Of a stretch of DNA of 64,000 nucleotides, positions 1 through 9,754 are shown piece by piece (position 1 is the stretch's first letter; the number at the start of each line of letters is the position of its first letter). Position numbers and translations under genes: made by a program. The stretch spans positions 7,092-71,091 of the forward strand of contig JAUYQG010000162.1 of the NCBI GenBank assembly GCA_030695645.1, written 5' to 3'. Source of the DNA: Legionellaceae bacterium (GTDB taxonomy: Bacteria; Pseudomonadota; Gammaproteobacteria; Legionellales; Legionellaceae). Under the pieces are notes generated by a model. That model worked only from the letters and a program-made list of their open reading frames with translations. It was not told where the DNA came from and searched no databases.

Positions 1-622
1 TATTCTTGGGTTCTTTATTGACGAGAATTTCAACAAGCCTAAAGAAATCATTAATGTAAATATAATCATAAATAACATTTTGATTAATAACAATGGGAAG
101 TTTAAGTAAGTTTTTAACGATAGCATTCGATATGAACTTAAATCTATAATCTTCATACCGACCATAGATTCCGAAAATTCTTAGATTAATAACATTACTT
201 TGCTCTGTGTCACGAATGTATTTGGAGATAAGATACTTCGAATAGCTGTGATCATCTTCAGGAATGTGTTGGTCGAAAAACTCTTCTGGCATTTTTCGGT
301 ACCAATATCGTCGATCATATTCAGAGCCGCTTCCAAAGTTTATTAATTTTATTTTCGGGGTGAGTTGCTTTTGAAGGTTAAAAAACATGCGCAGGTTGTT
401 TTCGCAGGTTTTAGCTGGATACGAAGTGTCTTGTCTTAAAGTGGTTGCAGAATGAATAATGACATCGATCTTATGTTGTCCAAAATACTCACTTACTCGT
501 TCTTCATTAGTAAGATCAAGCTCTGAATAGGGCGGACTCAATACTGAATACCCTTTTTTTAAAAATTCTTCGACTAGATGTTTACCTACAGATCCTTCAG
601 AACCCGTGATTAAAATATTCAT
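1..622 (-). CDS. NAD-dependent epimerase/dehydratase family protein (partial, 3' end off window)
   Basis: Absent from the ORF track because there is no stop in the window. Reverse-strand ATG at 622-620 gives MNILITGSEGSVGKH (Rossmann GxxGxxG). Downstream translation (NVIYDYIYINDFFRLVEILV) parallels the paralog at 6892..7743. Confidence 0.75.
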   Translation of the reverse strand, partial: MNILITGSEGSVGKHLVEEFLKKGYSVLSPPYSELDLTNEERVSEYFGQHKIDVIIHSATTLRQDTSYPAKTCENNLRMFFNLQKQLTPKIKLINFGSGSEYDRRYWYRKMPEEFFDQHIPEDDHSYSKYLISKYIRDTEQSNVINLRIFGIYGRYEDYRFKFISNAIVKNLLKLPIVINQNVIYDYIYINDFFRLVEILVNKEPKN

Positions 623-668
623 AAACAAAACTCTCTTAGTCTGTGCCAACCCTATAATCGAGTAAAAT

Positions 669-1586
669 CTAATCGATTGGAGCTTTGGTTTTTAAAATAT
701 AAATTTCTGCGCTCCGCTTCAGCATATTGTAAAGGCTTCGCGGAAGAATACTTCGTAATAAAGAGGAACCCATCTTGAATAACCTATTAGGCAGGATGGT
801 GTGGTATTTAAGAGCTTCTTCAGAATGAAGTTCAGTTAATTGCAAACGGCTTCGTATCCAATTAATGTAATCTATCCAAGATTGCTCTAGGTTCACCAAA
901 GGTAGCTCTACAATATCCACACTAAATGGCGCTCTTAGTTCACGTACAATTATAGTTTTATAATTTGTATAATAAACCGTTAAACTTTCATTTATTAGCC
1001 CACTTATCATTCCATACATATGGGCATACCGTGTTTGCAGTTTTGTCTCTGCTAATCTTGCATCAAAGCTTTTTGCTAAAAACACATTTGCAGTTATAAG
1101 AGAATGTGCTATCAGCACATGTGGATTTCCGGCCTTGATGGCTGCTTTAGCAAAGTCTTTGAAGTTTTCATATTTCGCAGGTAATTTGAGCTTTGATAGA
1201 TATGCTCCGTCATTATTAATGAGCAACCCAGGTCTCTCAGACTCCAAAATCTTGATGACATGTGCTAAACCATTCGGAGCAATAAGCTCATCATCCCCTA
1301 TAACCCAACGGTATTTACCTGCCCCAGAAGTACAAGATTTTAAGACATTCTTACAGCTACCAAAATTGGACCCATTGCGAGAATATTCCATATTCCGGAA
1401 TATCGTGCTGTATTCACTGCATAATTCATTCGTTCGATCGGTTGAAGCATTATCGGAGATGTATATTTTAAATTTGTTAACAATTTCTGGATGTTTTATT
1501 ATTTCTGTTTGTATACTTTCAAGCAAATCTTGTAAGTACTCAGCTCGATTATAAGTTGGAATACATATTGATAATAGCTCATTCAT
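669..1586 (-). CDS. family 2 glycosyltransferase
   Basis: N-terminal LSICIPTYNRAEYL, then ISDNASTD and GDDE motifs typical of the GT2 GT-A fold. Confidence 0.85.
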   Translation of the reverse strand: MNELLSICIPTYNRAEYLQDLLESIQTEIIKHPEIVNKFKIYISDNASTDRTNELCSEYSTIFRNMEYSRNGSNFGSCKNVLKSCTSGAGKYRWVIGDDELIAPNGLAHVIKILESERPGLLINNDGAYLSKLKLPAKYENFKDFAKAAIKAGNPHVLIAHSLITANVFLAKSFDARLAETKLQTRYAHMYGMISGLINESLTVYYTNYKTIIVRELRAPFSVDIVELPLVNLEQSWIDYINWIRSRLQLTELHSEEALKYHTILPNRLFKMGSSLLRSILPRSLYNMLKRSAEIYILKTKAPID

Positions 1587-1608
1587 ACTTACTCCGTTTT
1601 AGTTAAAC

Positions 1609-2898
1609 TTAAACTTCAGAAACCGGCTTAGCTGATAATAATTCTGTTTCCCATACCATTTTTGGTCTAATTATTCCTCTCCAATGCCCTGTAAAACCAT
1701 TTCGCATTGTCCCACTATCTAGAACACTAAACTGTAAGGGTTCATTTGTACCAACCTCCACAGACCCAATATTCCGGGTCACAAAGGCATGCACCAAGTA
1801 GGTGGTATCATTTAGAAAATTTGCGGGAATGACACATATCGAGCGGTACAGACCAACAGGATAAGGTCGATTAATCCATTTATCTTCCGTAAGGTCAGCA
1901 TTTCCAGTGGCGAAAATGCATGACCCAAGAGAATCAAGAATATGGATACTCGTTCTTAACATCGCTCCCTCCTCAAAGTTCCAAAAGCATACTTCGATTC
2001 TGACCTCTTTATCGCTCCATACTTCGGATGTTATCGTATTTTCAGAAATAATTCTAAATGCGTGAAGGCGAACACGCTTTGTTCCTGGAGCTGTTGACGG
2101 GTCATCCCAAACAACTTGCCCTCCAAATTCCTGCAGCATGCATGAATATTTTCGGACAACTTCATGGGCATCTCCCTCGGATGTTATCTGTCCTTTGTCG
2201 AGTAGAATGGATTTTGAGCATAGCGTTGTAATAACAGCCGTATTATGACTGACCAACAGAATGGTTCTTCCTTCCTTTCCGAACTTCTCCATTTTTCCAA
2301 GACACTTTTTCTGAAAATGCACATCACCGACCGCCAATACCTCGTCCACAATTAGAATTTCCGGATCAAGATGTGCTGCTACCGCAAATGCAAGCCGCAC
2401 ATACATTCCGGACGAGTACCGTTTGACAGGGGTATCCAGGAATTTCTCTATCTCAGCAAACTCAATGATTTCATCGAATTTTCCATTAATTTCAGCCTTT
2501 CTCATCCCTAAAATAGAGCCATTGAGATATATATTCTCTCGCCCAGTCAACTCGGGGTGAAAACCCGTACCAACCTCCAACAAACTTGCTACGCGTCCTC
2601 GAATGCCGATTTTTCCTTGAGTCGGTTCTGTTATCCGTGATAGCACTTTCAGTAACGTGCTTTTGCCAGCACCATTTCGGCCAATAATACCGATTACGTC
2701 TCCAGCTTGAACCTCAAAATTGATGTCTTTTAATGCCCAAAAATGCTCTTCTTGTGACAATCCCTTTTTGATTTTTTTTATATGCCTAAATGGTGCATTC
2801 ATTGTGTTAACCAAAGATTCTCGGAACGTTTGGTATTTCTCGTGACCTCCTATCTTGTATTTTTTGCTCACATTTTCTACTTTAATAACAGGAGGCAT
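1609..2898 (-). CDS. wzt: polysaccharide ABC exporter ATP-binding protein (Wzt type) with extra C-terminal domain
   Basis: Walker A GRNGAGKST, signature YSSGM, Walker B ILIVDE. About 180 additional C-terminal residues, as in Wzt proteins that carry a glycan-terminus-binding domain. Adjacent to an ABC-2 permease. Confidence 0.9.
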   Translation of the reverse strand: MPPVIKVENVSKKYKIGGHEKYQTFRESLVNTMNAPFRHIKKIKKGLSQEEHFWALKDINFEVQAGDVIGIIGRNGAGKSTLLKVLSRITEPTQGKIGIRGRVASLLEVGTGFHPELTGRENIYLNGSILGMRKAEINGKFDEIIEFAEIEKFLDTPVKRYSSGMYVRLAFAVAAHLDPEILIVDEVLAVGDVHFQKKCLGKMEKFGKEGRTILLVSHNTAVITTLCSKSILLDKGQITSEGDAHEVVRKYSCMLQEFGGQVVWDDPSTAPGTKRVRLHAFRIISENTITSEVWSDKEVRIEVCFWNFEEGAMLRTSIHILDSLGSCIFATGNADLTEDKWINRPYPVGLYRSICVIPANFLNDTTYLVHAFVTRNIGSVEVGTNEPLQFSVLDSGTMRNGFTGHWRGIIRPKMVWETELLSAKPVSEV

Positions 2899-2928
2899 CT
2901 CGAAACCTTTTTGAAAATATTGTTTTTT

Positions 2929-3786
2929 TCAGATTATATCTGCGAATTTTCGTTCTACCTTTTCGAAGTAGCTCACGCCGATAAGAAAAAAGGCAATGGC
3001 TACACCGAAAGAAATCCCGATGGCACCCATATCAAGTGGCTTTCCGAGAAAAGCCGACCGAAAGGCATCAATCATGCCCGACATGGGATTAAGGAACAAT
3101 ATCCACTGCCATTTTGCAGGAACCAGGTTAGCAGGGTAAACCACGGGGGTTGCGAACATCCAAAACTGCATCATGAATGGGACCACATAGCGAAAATCAC
3201 GATAGGCAACAATCAGTGCTGACAGCAGGGTCCCAACTCCGAGTGCAGTAAAAATTACTGCACTAAGTAAAAAAGGTATCAACAGCAAATGCAGTGACCA
3301 GCCAACGCCGTAATAGAGCATCAATAAAAACATCACGCCTGTCGATATCGCCAGATCGACCAAACCGCCACCAATGGAGGCCAAGGGGATAATCAGGCGA
3401 GGGAAATATACCTTGCTAATTAAATTGGCTTCATTGATGAGTGAGCTGGATGACGCTGTGATGGCATTCGAGAAAAACATCCATGGCAACAGCGCGGCAA
3501 ACACATAAATAGCATAAGGATAATCATCTGAAGGCATCTTCGCTAATCTGCCAAAGATCATCGTGAATATCAACATGGCCGATACTGGTTGTATAATGGC
3601 CCAAAGAGCACCCAATACCGTCTGTTTGTAACGCACCTTGATGTCTCGAGTGATAAGCACAACGAGCAATTCTCGGTACGCCCAAAATTCTCGAAAATTT
3701 AGCGATCGCCAACCTTTGGTTGGCTTGATGACAGTCAAGTGACTGTCATCCAAACATTTGTTTGGCGTACTGATATTTGTCGTCAT
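2929..3786 (-). CDS. wzm: polysaccharide ABC exporter permease (ABC-2 / Wzm type)
   Basis: N-terminal EFWAYRELLVVLITRDIKVRYKQTVLGALWAI motif typical of Wzm/KpsM/TagG. Multiple hydrophobic segments. Directly upstream of wzt. Confidence 0.9.
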   Translation of the reverse strand: MTTNISTPNKCLDDSHLTVIKPTKGWRSLNFREFWAYRELLVVLITRDIKVRYKQTVLGALWAIIQPVSAMLIFTMIFGRLAKMPSDDYPYAIYVFAALLPWMFFSNAITASSSSLINEANLISKVYFPRLIIPLASIGGGLVDLAISTGVMFLLMLYYGVGWSLHLLLIPFLLSAVIFTALGVGTLLSALIVAYRDFRYVVPFMMQFWMFATPVVYPANLVPAKWQWILFLNPMSGMIDAFRSAFLGKPLDMGAIGISFGVAIAFFLIGVSYFEKVERKFADII

Positions 3787-3819
3787 AGAAATTCAAACAT
3801 ACCCTAGTAATATTCTAAA

Positions 3820-3831
3820 CAAGCTACCGCT
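3820..3831 (-). promoter_or_regulatory. ops-like element (AGCGGTAGCTTG) in the wzm leader
   Basis: The reverse complement of 3820..3831 reads AGCGGTAGCTTG. This matches GGCGGTAGnnTG except at the first base. It lies about 34 nt upstream of the wzm ATG, inside a duplicated leader homologous to 17760..17900. Confidence 0.55.
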
Positions 3832-3929
3832 CTTGGATTTCATTGTATCAATTTCCAAAAGACCTCAGACAGAATCGTAGTCCATACAAGCTCCGGTTCA
3901 GAGTTAGTATATTTTCTTAAAAATCAGTT

Positions 3930-4180
3930 TTGCCCATTCATAGCCAATGACGTTTCAGCTATTTCAAAACATTGTGAGCGATTAAACGAATTTAGCAACA
4001 AAATAACACGCTATTCACCGGTTGGTGCCATCGCAATGGCTTGAATTGCGTCACCAGATTTTTCTTAAGGGGAAGTCTCGGATGAAAACATTGATAACCC
4101 TGATTAGTCAAATGTATCTTGGCACGAAAACTTTCACGAGGCTTGCATTGTAATAAATACCACTTACGATACTCGTCCAT
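3930..4180 (-). pseudogene. rfaH: rfaH paralog with internal deletion and frameshift
   Basis: N-terminal MDEYRKWYLLQCKPRESFRAKIHLTNQGYQCFHP aligns to intact RfaH (17893..18396). The DNA then jumps to the homolog of the last ~110 nt of rfaH. About 250 nt are missing, the ancestral frame has a TAG (gaa tag versus gaa gag), and the tracked ORF 3992..4282 reads out of frame. Confidence 0.8.
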
Positions 4181-4530
4181 TACCGCCTCATTACCTATGG
4201 TAGTATATCCTAAAATGACTCTATAAAACATTTCTTGTGCCATACGTGAATCTATCAGTTTTTTCATCTCTTGTAAACTCAATACGTCGCTGGAGCACGG
4301 CTAATTGGAAGGCGTAGGCTGGTCGGAACAGCAGTCAAGGCCCACTATTCTTGGCTTTAATCTTATGTAAACCATGCGATTTCTATTGACCAAATTAAAA
4401 GCATAATGTGGGCCGCAATTGGCTTACGGAGCTGGTGTTTTTTGATCGCATTACGCGACAGCGACTATATATAGTGGAGCAAGGGCGTAGCCGTGAATTT
4501 TTTCATTATAGGCACCATTGCTTATCTATT

Positions 4531-5331
4531 TTATCGCAAAAAGAAGTAGTTGTATTCAACGTGATTAACAAGTTTATAACCATGTGCTATCATCAATTCA
4601 ATAGGAGAGCCTCCCACTAGCGGGATTGCGTGACCCCATGCTTCGAGAATAACAGCCTTAGGGTAACAGCATAGCGGGGCTTCTTTCAAAAACTGATACA
4701 GAATAGGATACTCGTAACCCTCTACATCAATCTTTAACGCTCCTATCTTTGTAACGCCAGCTGCAGACAGAGCATCTGTGATGGGTACACATTCGACTTC
4801 AATAGTATCTTCCTCTTGTTTTTTGGTATATTTGGTTTGGGACAACACCATGCTACTTCCAGCGCGATTAGTAGCGGTATTAAGCATCAGTAATTTCTTT
4901 TCTCTCTTATCTGATAATCCCTTTGGTACCAGTACTATATTTTCTGCATTATTAAGAACTATATTTTCTCTGAATTTTTCCACACTATAAGGGTCTGGTT
5001 CAAATGCAATTACCTGGCAGTCAGGTACGCTTTTAGCTATCATTAACGAGTAGAGGCCTTGGTTGGCTCCTATATCCACAAACGCGGTACCTTTTTCGCA
5101 ATTTTCAAAGGCCTTCATAAGAAAAGACAACTCCTCTCTATCATATTTTCCAATGAAATACTCTTTATCTAGATGTTGATTTAAATCAAGAGCAAGAGAT
5201 ATTCCGTCCACTTTTGTAATCAAGTGGGATTTGCCTTTTTTTGTTACACAAGCTAATGTCAAACGCCGTAATGTTCTTCTGCAGAAAGGTAATCTATTGA
5301 TACTCATCATAGTTTGATTAAGTATAGACAT
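4531..5331 (-). CDS. FkbM-family SAM-dependent methyltransferase
   Basis: VDIGANQGLYSL, AFEPDP and KIDVEGYEYPIL motifs characteristic of the FkbM family. GGAG lies 7 nt upstream of the ATG. Confidence 0.8.
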   Translation of the reverse strand: MSILNQTMMSINRLPFCRRTLRRLTLACVTKKGKSHLITKVDGISLALDLNQHLDKEYFIGKYDREELSFLMKAFENCEKGTAFVDIGANQGLYSLMIAKSVPDCQVIAFEPDPYSVEKFRENIVLNNAENIVLVPKGLSDKREKKLLMLNTATNRAGSSMVLSQTKYTKKQEEDTIEVECVPITDALSAAGVTKIGALKIDVEGYEYPILYQFLKEAPLCCYPKAVILEAWGHAIPLVGGSPIELMIAHGYKLVNHVEYNYFFLR

Positions 5332-5489
5332 GCATAATCTCCAAACATAAATTCTAAAACGGGGGGTTATTTAAGTAATTTGTAGTCATGAAAATACAAG
5401 CAAACCCTGATAATGTGATTTAGTGCCATTACTAAATAGCTTCTGATCCGGCAAAAAACTTTAGCACCATCGATCGACCGAAAGCAGCC

Positions 5490-5768
5490 TTAAGTCTTCT
5501 GCTGAACCTTAGTCATACGGATTGCATTCTCGCCATTATTATTCATGATGGTAAAAACACGACCAGTGTTCATTAACGGCGCAGTGTAACCAGATGCGTT
5601 TACCATTAACACCGATGCTGGTTTCATCGGCATGAATATTGATTCAGTCAACTTGTCTTTGACAAAGGTTTCAAACAACTGAAGTTTGTCGAAGGCTTCC
5701 TGGTTGAAGTTGAATAAACTGCCAACACTAGCGGGAATGCCTGATTCACTGCTAAAATGGTCCGACAC
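5490..5768 (-). CDS. hypothetical protein (92 aa)
   Basis: Only an ORF in operon orientation. No recognisable motif. It could be a gene remnant. Confidence 0.3.
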   Translation of the reverse strand: MSDHFSSESGIPASVGSLFNFNQEAFDKLQLFETFVKDKLTESIFMPMKPASVLMVNASGYTAPLMNTGRVFTIMNNNGENAIRMTKVQQKT

Positions 5769-5905
5769 ACGCTCATAGGGAATAAGCTATTATTGTGATA
5801 AGTATACACTGTGTGATTTAACCGATTGACTATATTGAATCGGTCGGGGGACTCCATCAGGTCAGAGGGAGAAGGAAAATCATTCTGAATAGTTACCAGC
5901 GGTTT

Positions 5906-6841
5906 TCATATGAGCAAAGGAGAAACGGGGTACAGCCAAGGGAAATAACAGCGAAGCAACCTGCTCCATATCATGATATTAAAGGGGAATGCTGATAGCT
6001 GACGGAGGAAACATTGTCTGGCCACCCTAATGTCGCCCGAATCCCATGAGCTTCGTCCTATAATATCATAGGCCCAAGCGGCCCCTCGCTTCAGTAAGCG
6101 CCTGTAACCCCATGTATGGTTTCCAAACATAAGTGGCTCATGGAATGCGGCAACATAGCCAAACAGTACGTGTTTACCACGTACATTACACTCTTGGCTC
6201 TGGTGCTGCCGAACAACCAATCCATCGTTATGTATCCAAGCAACGTCGTTTGTTGGATCGAGAGCAATACGAACTTTTAATGATGTATCCGTCGCGTGTC
6301 CAGCCCTCGTGCTATGGTCCCAATGCGTCAATACAATGCCCCGTCTAAATAATGTGGCACCAATAAACCACGTATGCGTCACAATGCATGTAAGCAATTC
6401 TTTTCCATTCATTACTGTTTCGGAATCAAAGGATCGTATCGATGTGGATAGTAATCGTCCACGATCATCACAAGTTTCGTAATTTGAGAAAACAGCCTGA
6501 ACTTTTTTGAATCTATCAAATGCACCCAATCGAGAAGCAAGAAAATCTGGCTTATAAAAATCATCATCACCTAAGATGGATAGATACTCCCCTTGTGCCC
6601 AGTAAACACCATAAGTCCAATTAGCAGAGGACTCAATATTGCATTGATGTCGAAGATATTTAATCCGTGGATCGTTAAAACCAGCAACAACTTCTGGGGT
6701 ATGGTCAGAACTACAATTATCCAGTATCAATAATTCTAAGTGCTTATAGGTTTGCGTCAAAACACTTTCAATTGCTATTTTGAGCCAATCGGCTCGATTG
6801 TATGTGGGGATAATAACACTGACTAGTCCTGATTCGTTCAT
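5906..6841 (-). CDS. family 2 glycosyltransferase
   Basis: VSVIIPTYNRADWL, LDNCSSD and GDDD motifs. Start moved to the internal ATG (MNESGLVSV), which is preceded by AAGGAAG. The track ORF extends to 6898. Confidence 0.85.
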   Translation of the reverse strand: MNESGLVSVIIPTYNRADWLKIAIESVLTQTYKHLELLILDNCSSDHTPEVVAGFNDPRIKYLRHQCNIESSANWTYGVYWAQGEYLSILGDDDFYKPDFLASRLGAFDRFKKVQAVFSNYETCDDRGRLLSTSIRSFDSETVMNGKELLTCIVTHTWFIGATLFRRGIVLTHWDHSTRAGHATDTSLKVRIALDPTNDVAWIHNDGLVVRQHQSQECNVRGKHVLFGYVAAFHEPLMFGNHTWGYRRLLKRGAAWAYDIIGRSSWDSGDIRVARQCFLRQLSAFPFNIMIWSRLLRCYFPWLYPVSPLLI

Positions 6842-6891
6842 TATTTCAATCTTCCTTAATTCCATGTATAAAATGAATGGTCTTAGACCGA

Positions 6892-7743
6892 TTAACAATA
6901 TTCTTTTTTATCAAATACTAGGTTGCTTTCATCACGATACCATTGATATAAAAGGGCTATCGATTTTTTAAGCTCAGTAAAGTTGAAATTACCATATTCA
7001 GAAATAAACAACGAATTGTCCCCACTATATTCTGGATTTAACCCCTCTTGTTTAACCTGAATGAGCACTTCATGACCATGAACATCCCGAATTGTCCTTG
7101 CCAAGGAAAACAAATCAATGCGCTCACCTGTACAGATATTATAGGTGTGTTTTTTGGGTCTTTTCTTAATAACCATTTCAGTTATTTTGCAAAAATCATC
7201 AATGTATAAGTAATCGAAATATACATTTTTGTTAACGCTTAAATCCATTCCTGAAAGAGCACGAGAAATATTGTCTGAAATAAATCGACGTTTATAATTT
7301 TCATATTTACCAAATACTCCAAAAAGGCGAAGATTTACTATGTTTCCTGATTTATATTCAATATCTTTTGCAATGACATATTTTGAAAACCCATAAATAT
7401 CATCAGGAATATATTTTCCAAAATAACTCTCTTTCATTTTTGGCTCATAATGTTTTGGATCGTACTCAGAACCAGAGCCTGGATTAATCATGAAACCAAA
7501 TAAATCAGAGCAGCGTTCAAGGTTAAAGTAAATTTTTATATTTTGCTCAACTGATGTTAACGTCACCGCATTATTAATCACAACGTCAAATCTATGCTTT
7601 GCCAAATAGTTCTCTACGGCTTGACTATCAAGTAAGTCTAAATCGGCACGTTTTGGAGAATACACATGTTCATAGCGTGATTGGTAATATTCTAATAAAT
7701 TTTTACCAACAAATCCGTTCGTTCCAGTAATTAGTATTTTCAT
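6892..7743 (-). CDS. NAD-dependent epimerase/dehydratase (SDR) family protein
   Basis: MKILITGTNGFVGKNL Rossmann motif. Paralogous to the partial gene at 1..622. Confidence 0.85.
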   Translation of the reverse strand: MKILITGTNGFVGKNLLEYYQSRYEHVYSPKRADLDLLDSQAVENYLAKHRFDVVINNAVTLTSVEQNIKIYFNLERCSDLFGFMINPGSGSEYDPKHYEPKMKESYFGKYIPDDIYGFSKYVIAKDIEYKSGNIVNLRLFGVFGKYENYKRRFISDNISRALSGMDLSVNKNVYFDYLYIDDFCKITEMVIKKRPKKHTYNICTGERIDLFSLARTIRDVHGHEVLIQVKQEGLNPEYSGDNSLFISEYGNFNFTELKKSIALLYQWYRDESNLVFDKKEYC

Positions 7744-7744
7744 T

Positions 7745-8905
7745 TTATACCATCTCTTTCATTTTTTGAGCTAAAAATTCCACCTTATTATCTCGTAATA
7801 TTGCGATATCTACGTCTAATTTCATGTTGTCTAGTGTGTTAAGTACTTCACTTGGATATAGTCCAGGAACCATGATCATGACTAAATCAATATGACGCTC
7901 CTTTATTGTATCGGGTGACACAATCTCTTTGTGCAATATTGGAGTATATTTTCCTTGTTTAAATGGTGCTGAATCAATAATACAGGAAATCTCATGAAGC
8001 TTTGCAAGCGCTAATAGTGCGAGAGTGCGATGGCCTGCTCCCCAGACAGCAATTTTTTTATTCTGAGCTGAATAACGATCTACAATTTGACGTAATTTAT
8101 AGATCAAAGATTCAACGTCTTGATAATGATCATCGATCTCAAGGCTTGGTCTTTTTTTTACTATGGCAACAATGTCGTTTTCGTTGTTAATTGTATAGCA
8201 ATCTAATACATCAAATCCGTTTATTTCAAATGCACGGGCTAACGTTTTTTTAGAGAAATAAGAAACATGATCGGCTACAAATTCATAAAGACATTTAGTT
8301 CGTAGTAAATAGTCAAGATTTGGCACGGTGACATAGCCGACGGCATCGGAGGTTGTTTGTGCGTATATCGTACGGATAATGTCACCGGGTTTCGGGAGAT
8401 GCTCTAAAAAATTTAATGATATAAACGAGTCAAAAGGTGCTCCCTCAACATGTTCAACCTCGCCAATATAGGCTTGCACCATGGTTCTTTGAGCAGCACG
8501 TCCAATGGCAACTGAATTTTTTGACGTTTCAATGCCAACGGGCTTAAGACCTACCTCTTGAAGAACATCCAACATCTCACCTCGGGCACTTCCTACCTCA
8601 AGAACCTTTTTCCCTTTCAGGTTAAACCGTGAAACAAACGATGACATTTGTTCCAAGCGTGATGCTCTCGATTTTCCAGAAAGAGTTGCCGCGGTAATCA
8701 CTTCTCTGAAATAGTCAACTGGTTGTAAATTATGTTGCACTAATCCACAGCCAGAGCACTGATAGATAATAAGCTCAATACCTGTATCAGTGGAAAATTC
8801 GTTTTTCCTAGGATAATATTGTGCGGCGCGAGGCATTCCATTGAGCTGAAGAATCGGTGATTCAAACAAAACTCCACTACACAAATGACAGCTGCTCTTA
8901 TTCAA
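7745..8905 (-). CDS. NDP-hexose C-methyltransferase (TylC3/EvaC-like)
   Basis: N-terminal four-Cys zinc-ribbon pattern (CHLCSG ... CSGCGLVQ). Class I SAM motif VLEVGSARG. C-terminal Rossmann-like module KKIAVWGAGHRT...IIDS, typical of sugar C-methyltransferases. Confidence 0.75.
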   Translation of the reverse strand: MNKSSCHLCSGVLFESPILQLNGMPRAAQYYPRKNEFSTDTGIELIIYQCSGCGLVQHNLQPVDYFREVITAATLSGKSRASRLEQMSSFVSRFNLKGKKVLEVGSARGEMLDVLQEVGLKPVGIETSKNSVAIGRAAQRTMVQAYIGEVEHVEGAPFDSFISLNFLEHLPKPGDIIRTIYAQTTSDAVGYVTVPNLDYLLRTKCLYEFVADHVSYFSKKTLARAFEINGFDVLDCYTINNENDIVAIVKKRPSLEIDDHYQDVESLIYKLRQIVDRYSAQNKKIAVWGAGHRTLALLALAKLHEISCIIDSAPFKQGKYTPILHKEIVSPDTIKERHIDLVMIMVPGLYPSEVLNTLDNMKLDVDIAILRDNKVEFLAQKMKEMV

Positions 8906-8929
8906 TGAAAGCCCCTCCGGAGGTCAATT

Positions 8930-9754
8930 TTATGCATCCACTAAATCTCGATATACCGTTTTTTTGAAAACGCGTTTTTCAAGCATCTGAATCCGTTTTT
9001 CATCCTCATTTTTTATGCGATGATAATACTGCCTTTTACTTTTTAACCACAAGAGTTCAAACTGTATCCCTTTGGCCAGTCCTTCCTCAATGTTATCAAA
9101 TGATTCGATAGAATATACCAACTTTCTCGTTTCGAATTTATCGATCAGACCATCTGCAATGAGCGCTGCAATAAATGGAATTGATTCTTGGGATATCGCC
9201 CCACCTAGGGCAGTTTTTAACCCCTTGCCTCGAGCTTTATAAAAGATTTCCTTGCAATAACCAAGCATTGTATCATTATTAACAAAATTACGATTTGCTC
9301 CAACTGATTCAGAAAAATCTACCCTTCCCACTGTTAAGCCTGTTAATATATTGATGTCTTTTAAATTTAATATGTCATCAATATTTTTATAAGCTGTAAT
9401 AGTCTCAATATTGACACAAAAATCTATGGCTCGTTGATTTTCTTCGGGGATAAATGTTTGAATAGCATTTAAGAACTTATAGGTTGCAAAGGCAGTCTCC
9501 GCCATTGGAGCAATAATCCCCTTTACCCCCAACGACAGTGCGTCATACATATCAGTGACGGCTTCTACACCTCCTATTTTCAAAATGATTGGCAAAGATG
9601 CTTTTCCGGTCACATCCTTCAGTCGCATCAACTCCACAAGACGACTTCCTTCATTTTCATATTCTGCTTTAACCTCAAAGACACCATTATTTTGCTTAAG
9701 GTCTTTTAAGATACCTACCATGTCATCTTCTAGAAGATTCAAAATTGCCTCCAC
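8930..9754 (-). CDS. HpcH/HpaI aldolase / citrate-lyase-beta-like TIM-barrel protein (tentative)
   Basis: Size and alternating beta/alpha pattern (ILKIGGVEA, GIIAPMAET, GRVDFS) resemble the HpcH/HpaI aldolase family. The assignment rests on pattern only. Confidence 0.45.
   Translation of the reverse strand: MEAILNLLEDDMVGILKDLKQNNGVFEVKAEYENEGSRLVELMRLKDVTGKASLPIILKIGGVEAVTDMYDALSLGVKGIIAPMAETAFATYKFLNAIQTFIPEENQRAIDFCVNIETITAYKNIDDILNLKDINILTGLTVGRVDFSESVGANRNFVNNDTMLGYCKEIFYKARGKGLKTALGGAISQESIPFIAALIADGLIDKFETRKLVYSIESFDNIEEGLAKGIQFELLWLKSKRQYYHRIKNEDEKRIQMLEKRVFKKTVYRDLVDA

Noticed and set aside
1135..1554. Antisense or shadow ORFs overlapping well-supported genes. Examples: 1135-1554, 2782-3222, 3524-3712, 6133-6348, 11010-11276, 13977-14427, 17223-17555, 28871-29113, 47331-47622, 52125-52578, 57103-58048, 61554-62138.
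   Set aside because: Each lies inside, and opposite to or out of frame with, a longer ORF that carries clear family motifs. None has a recognisable motif of its own.
4283..4530. Intergenic region upstream of the rfaH pseudogene, as a possible small RNA or riboswitch; the track ORF 4408-4620 also falls here.
   Set aside because: I saw no convincing conserved structure, terminator or known riboswitch core. The ORF overlaps the 3' end of the FkbM gene and has no motifs.
8930..9754. PEP mutase / phosphonate pathway: an aldolase-like protein, a ThDP decarboxylase-like enzyme and a HAD phosphatase.
   Set aside because: The 274-aa protein lacks the PEP mutase motifs I know. The ThDP enzyme has the full three-domain acetolactate-synthase architecture rather than the shorter phosphonopyruvate decarboxylase form.
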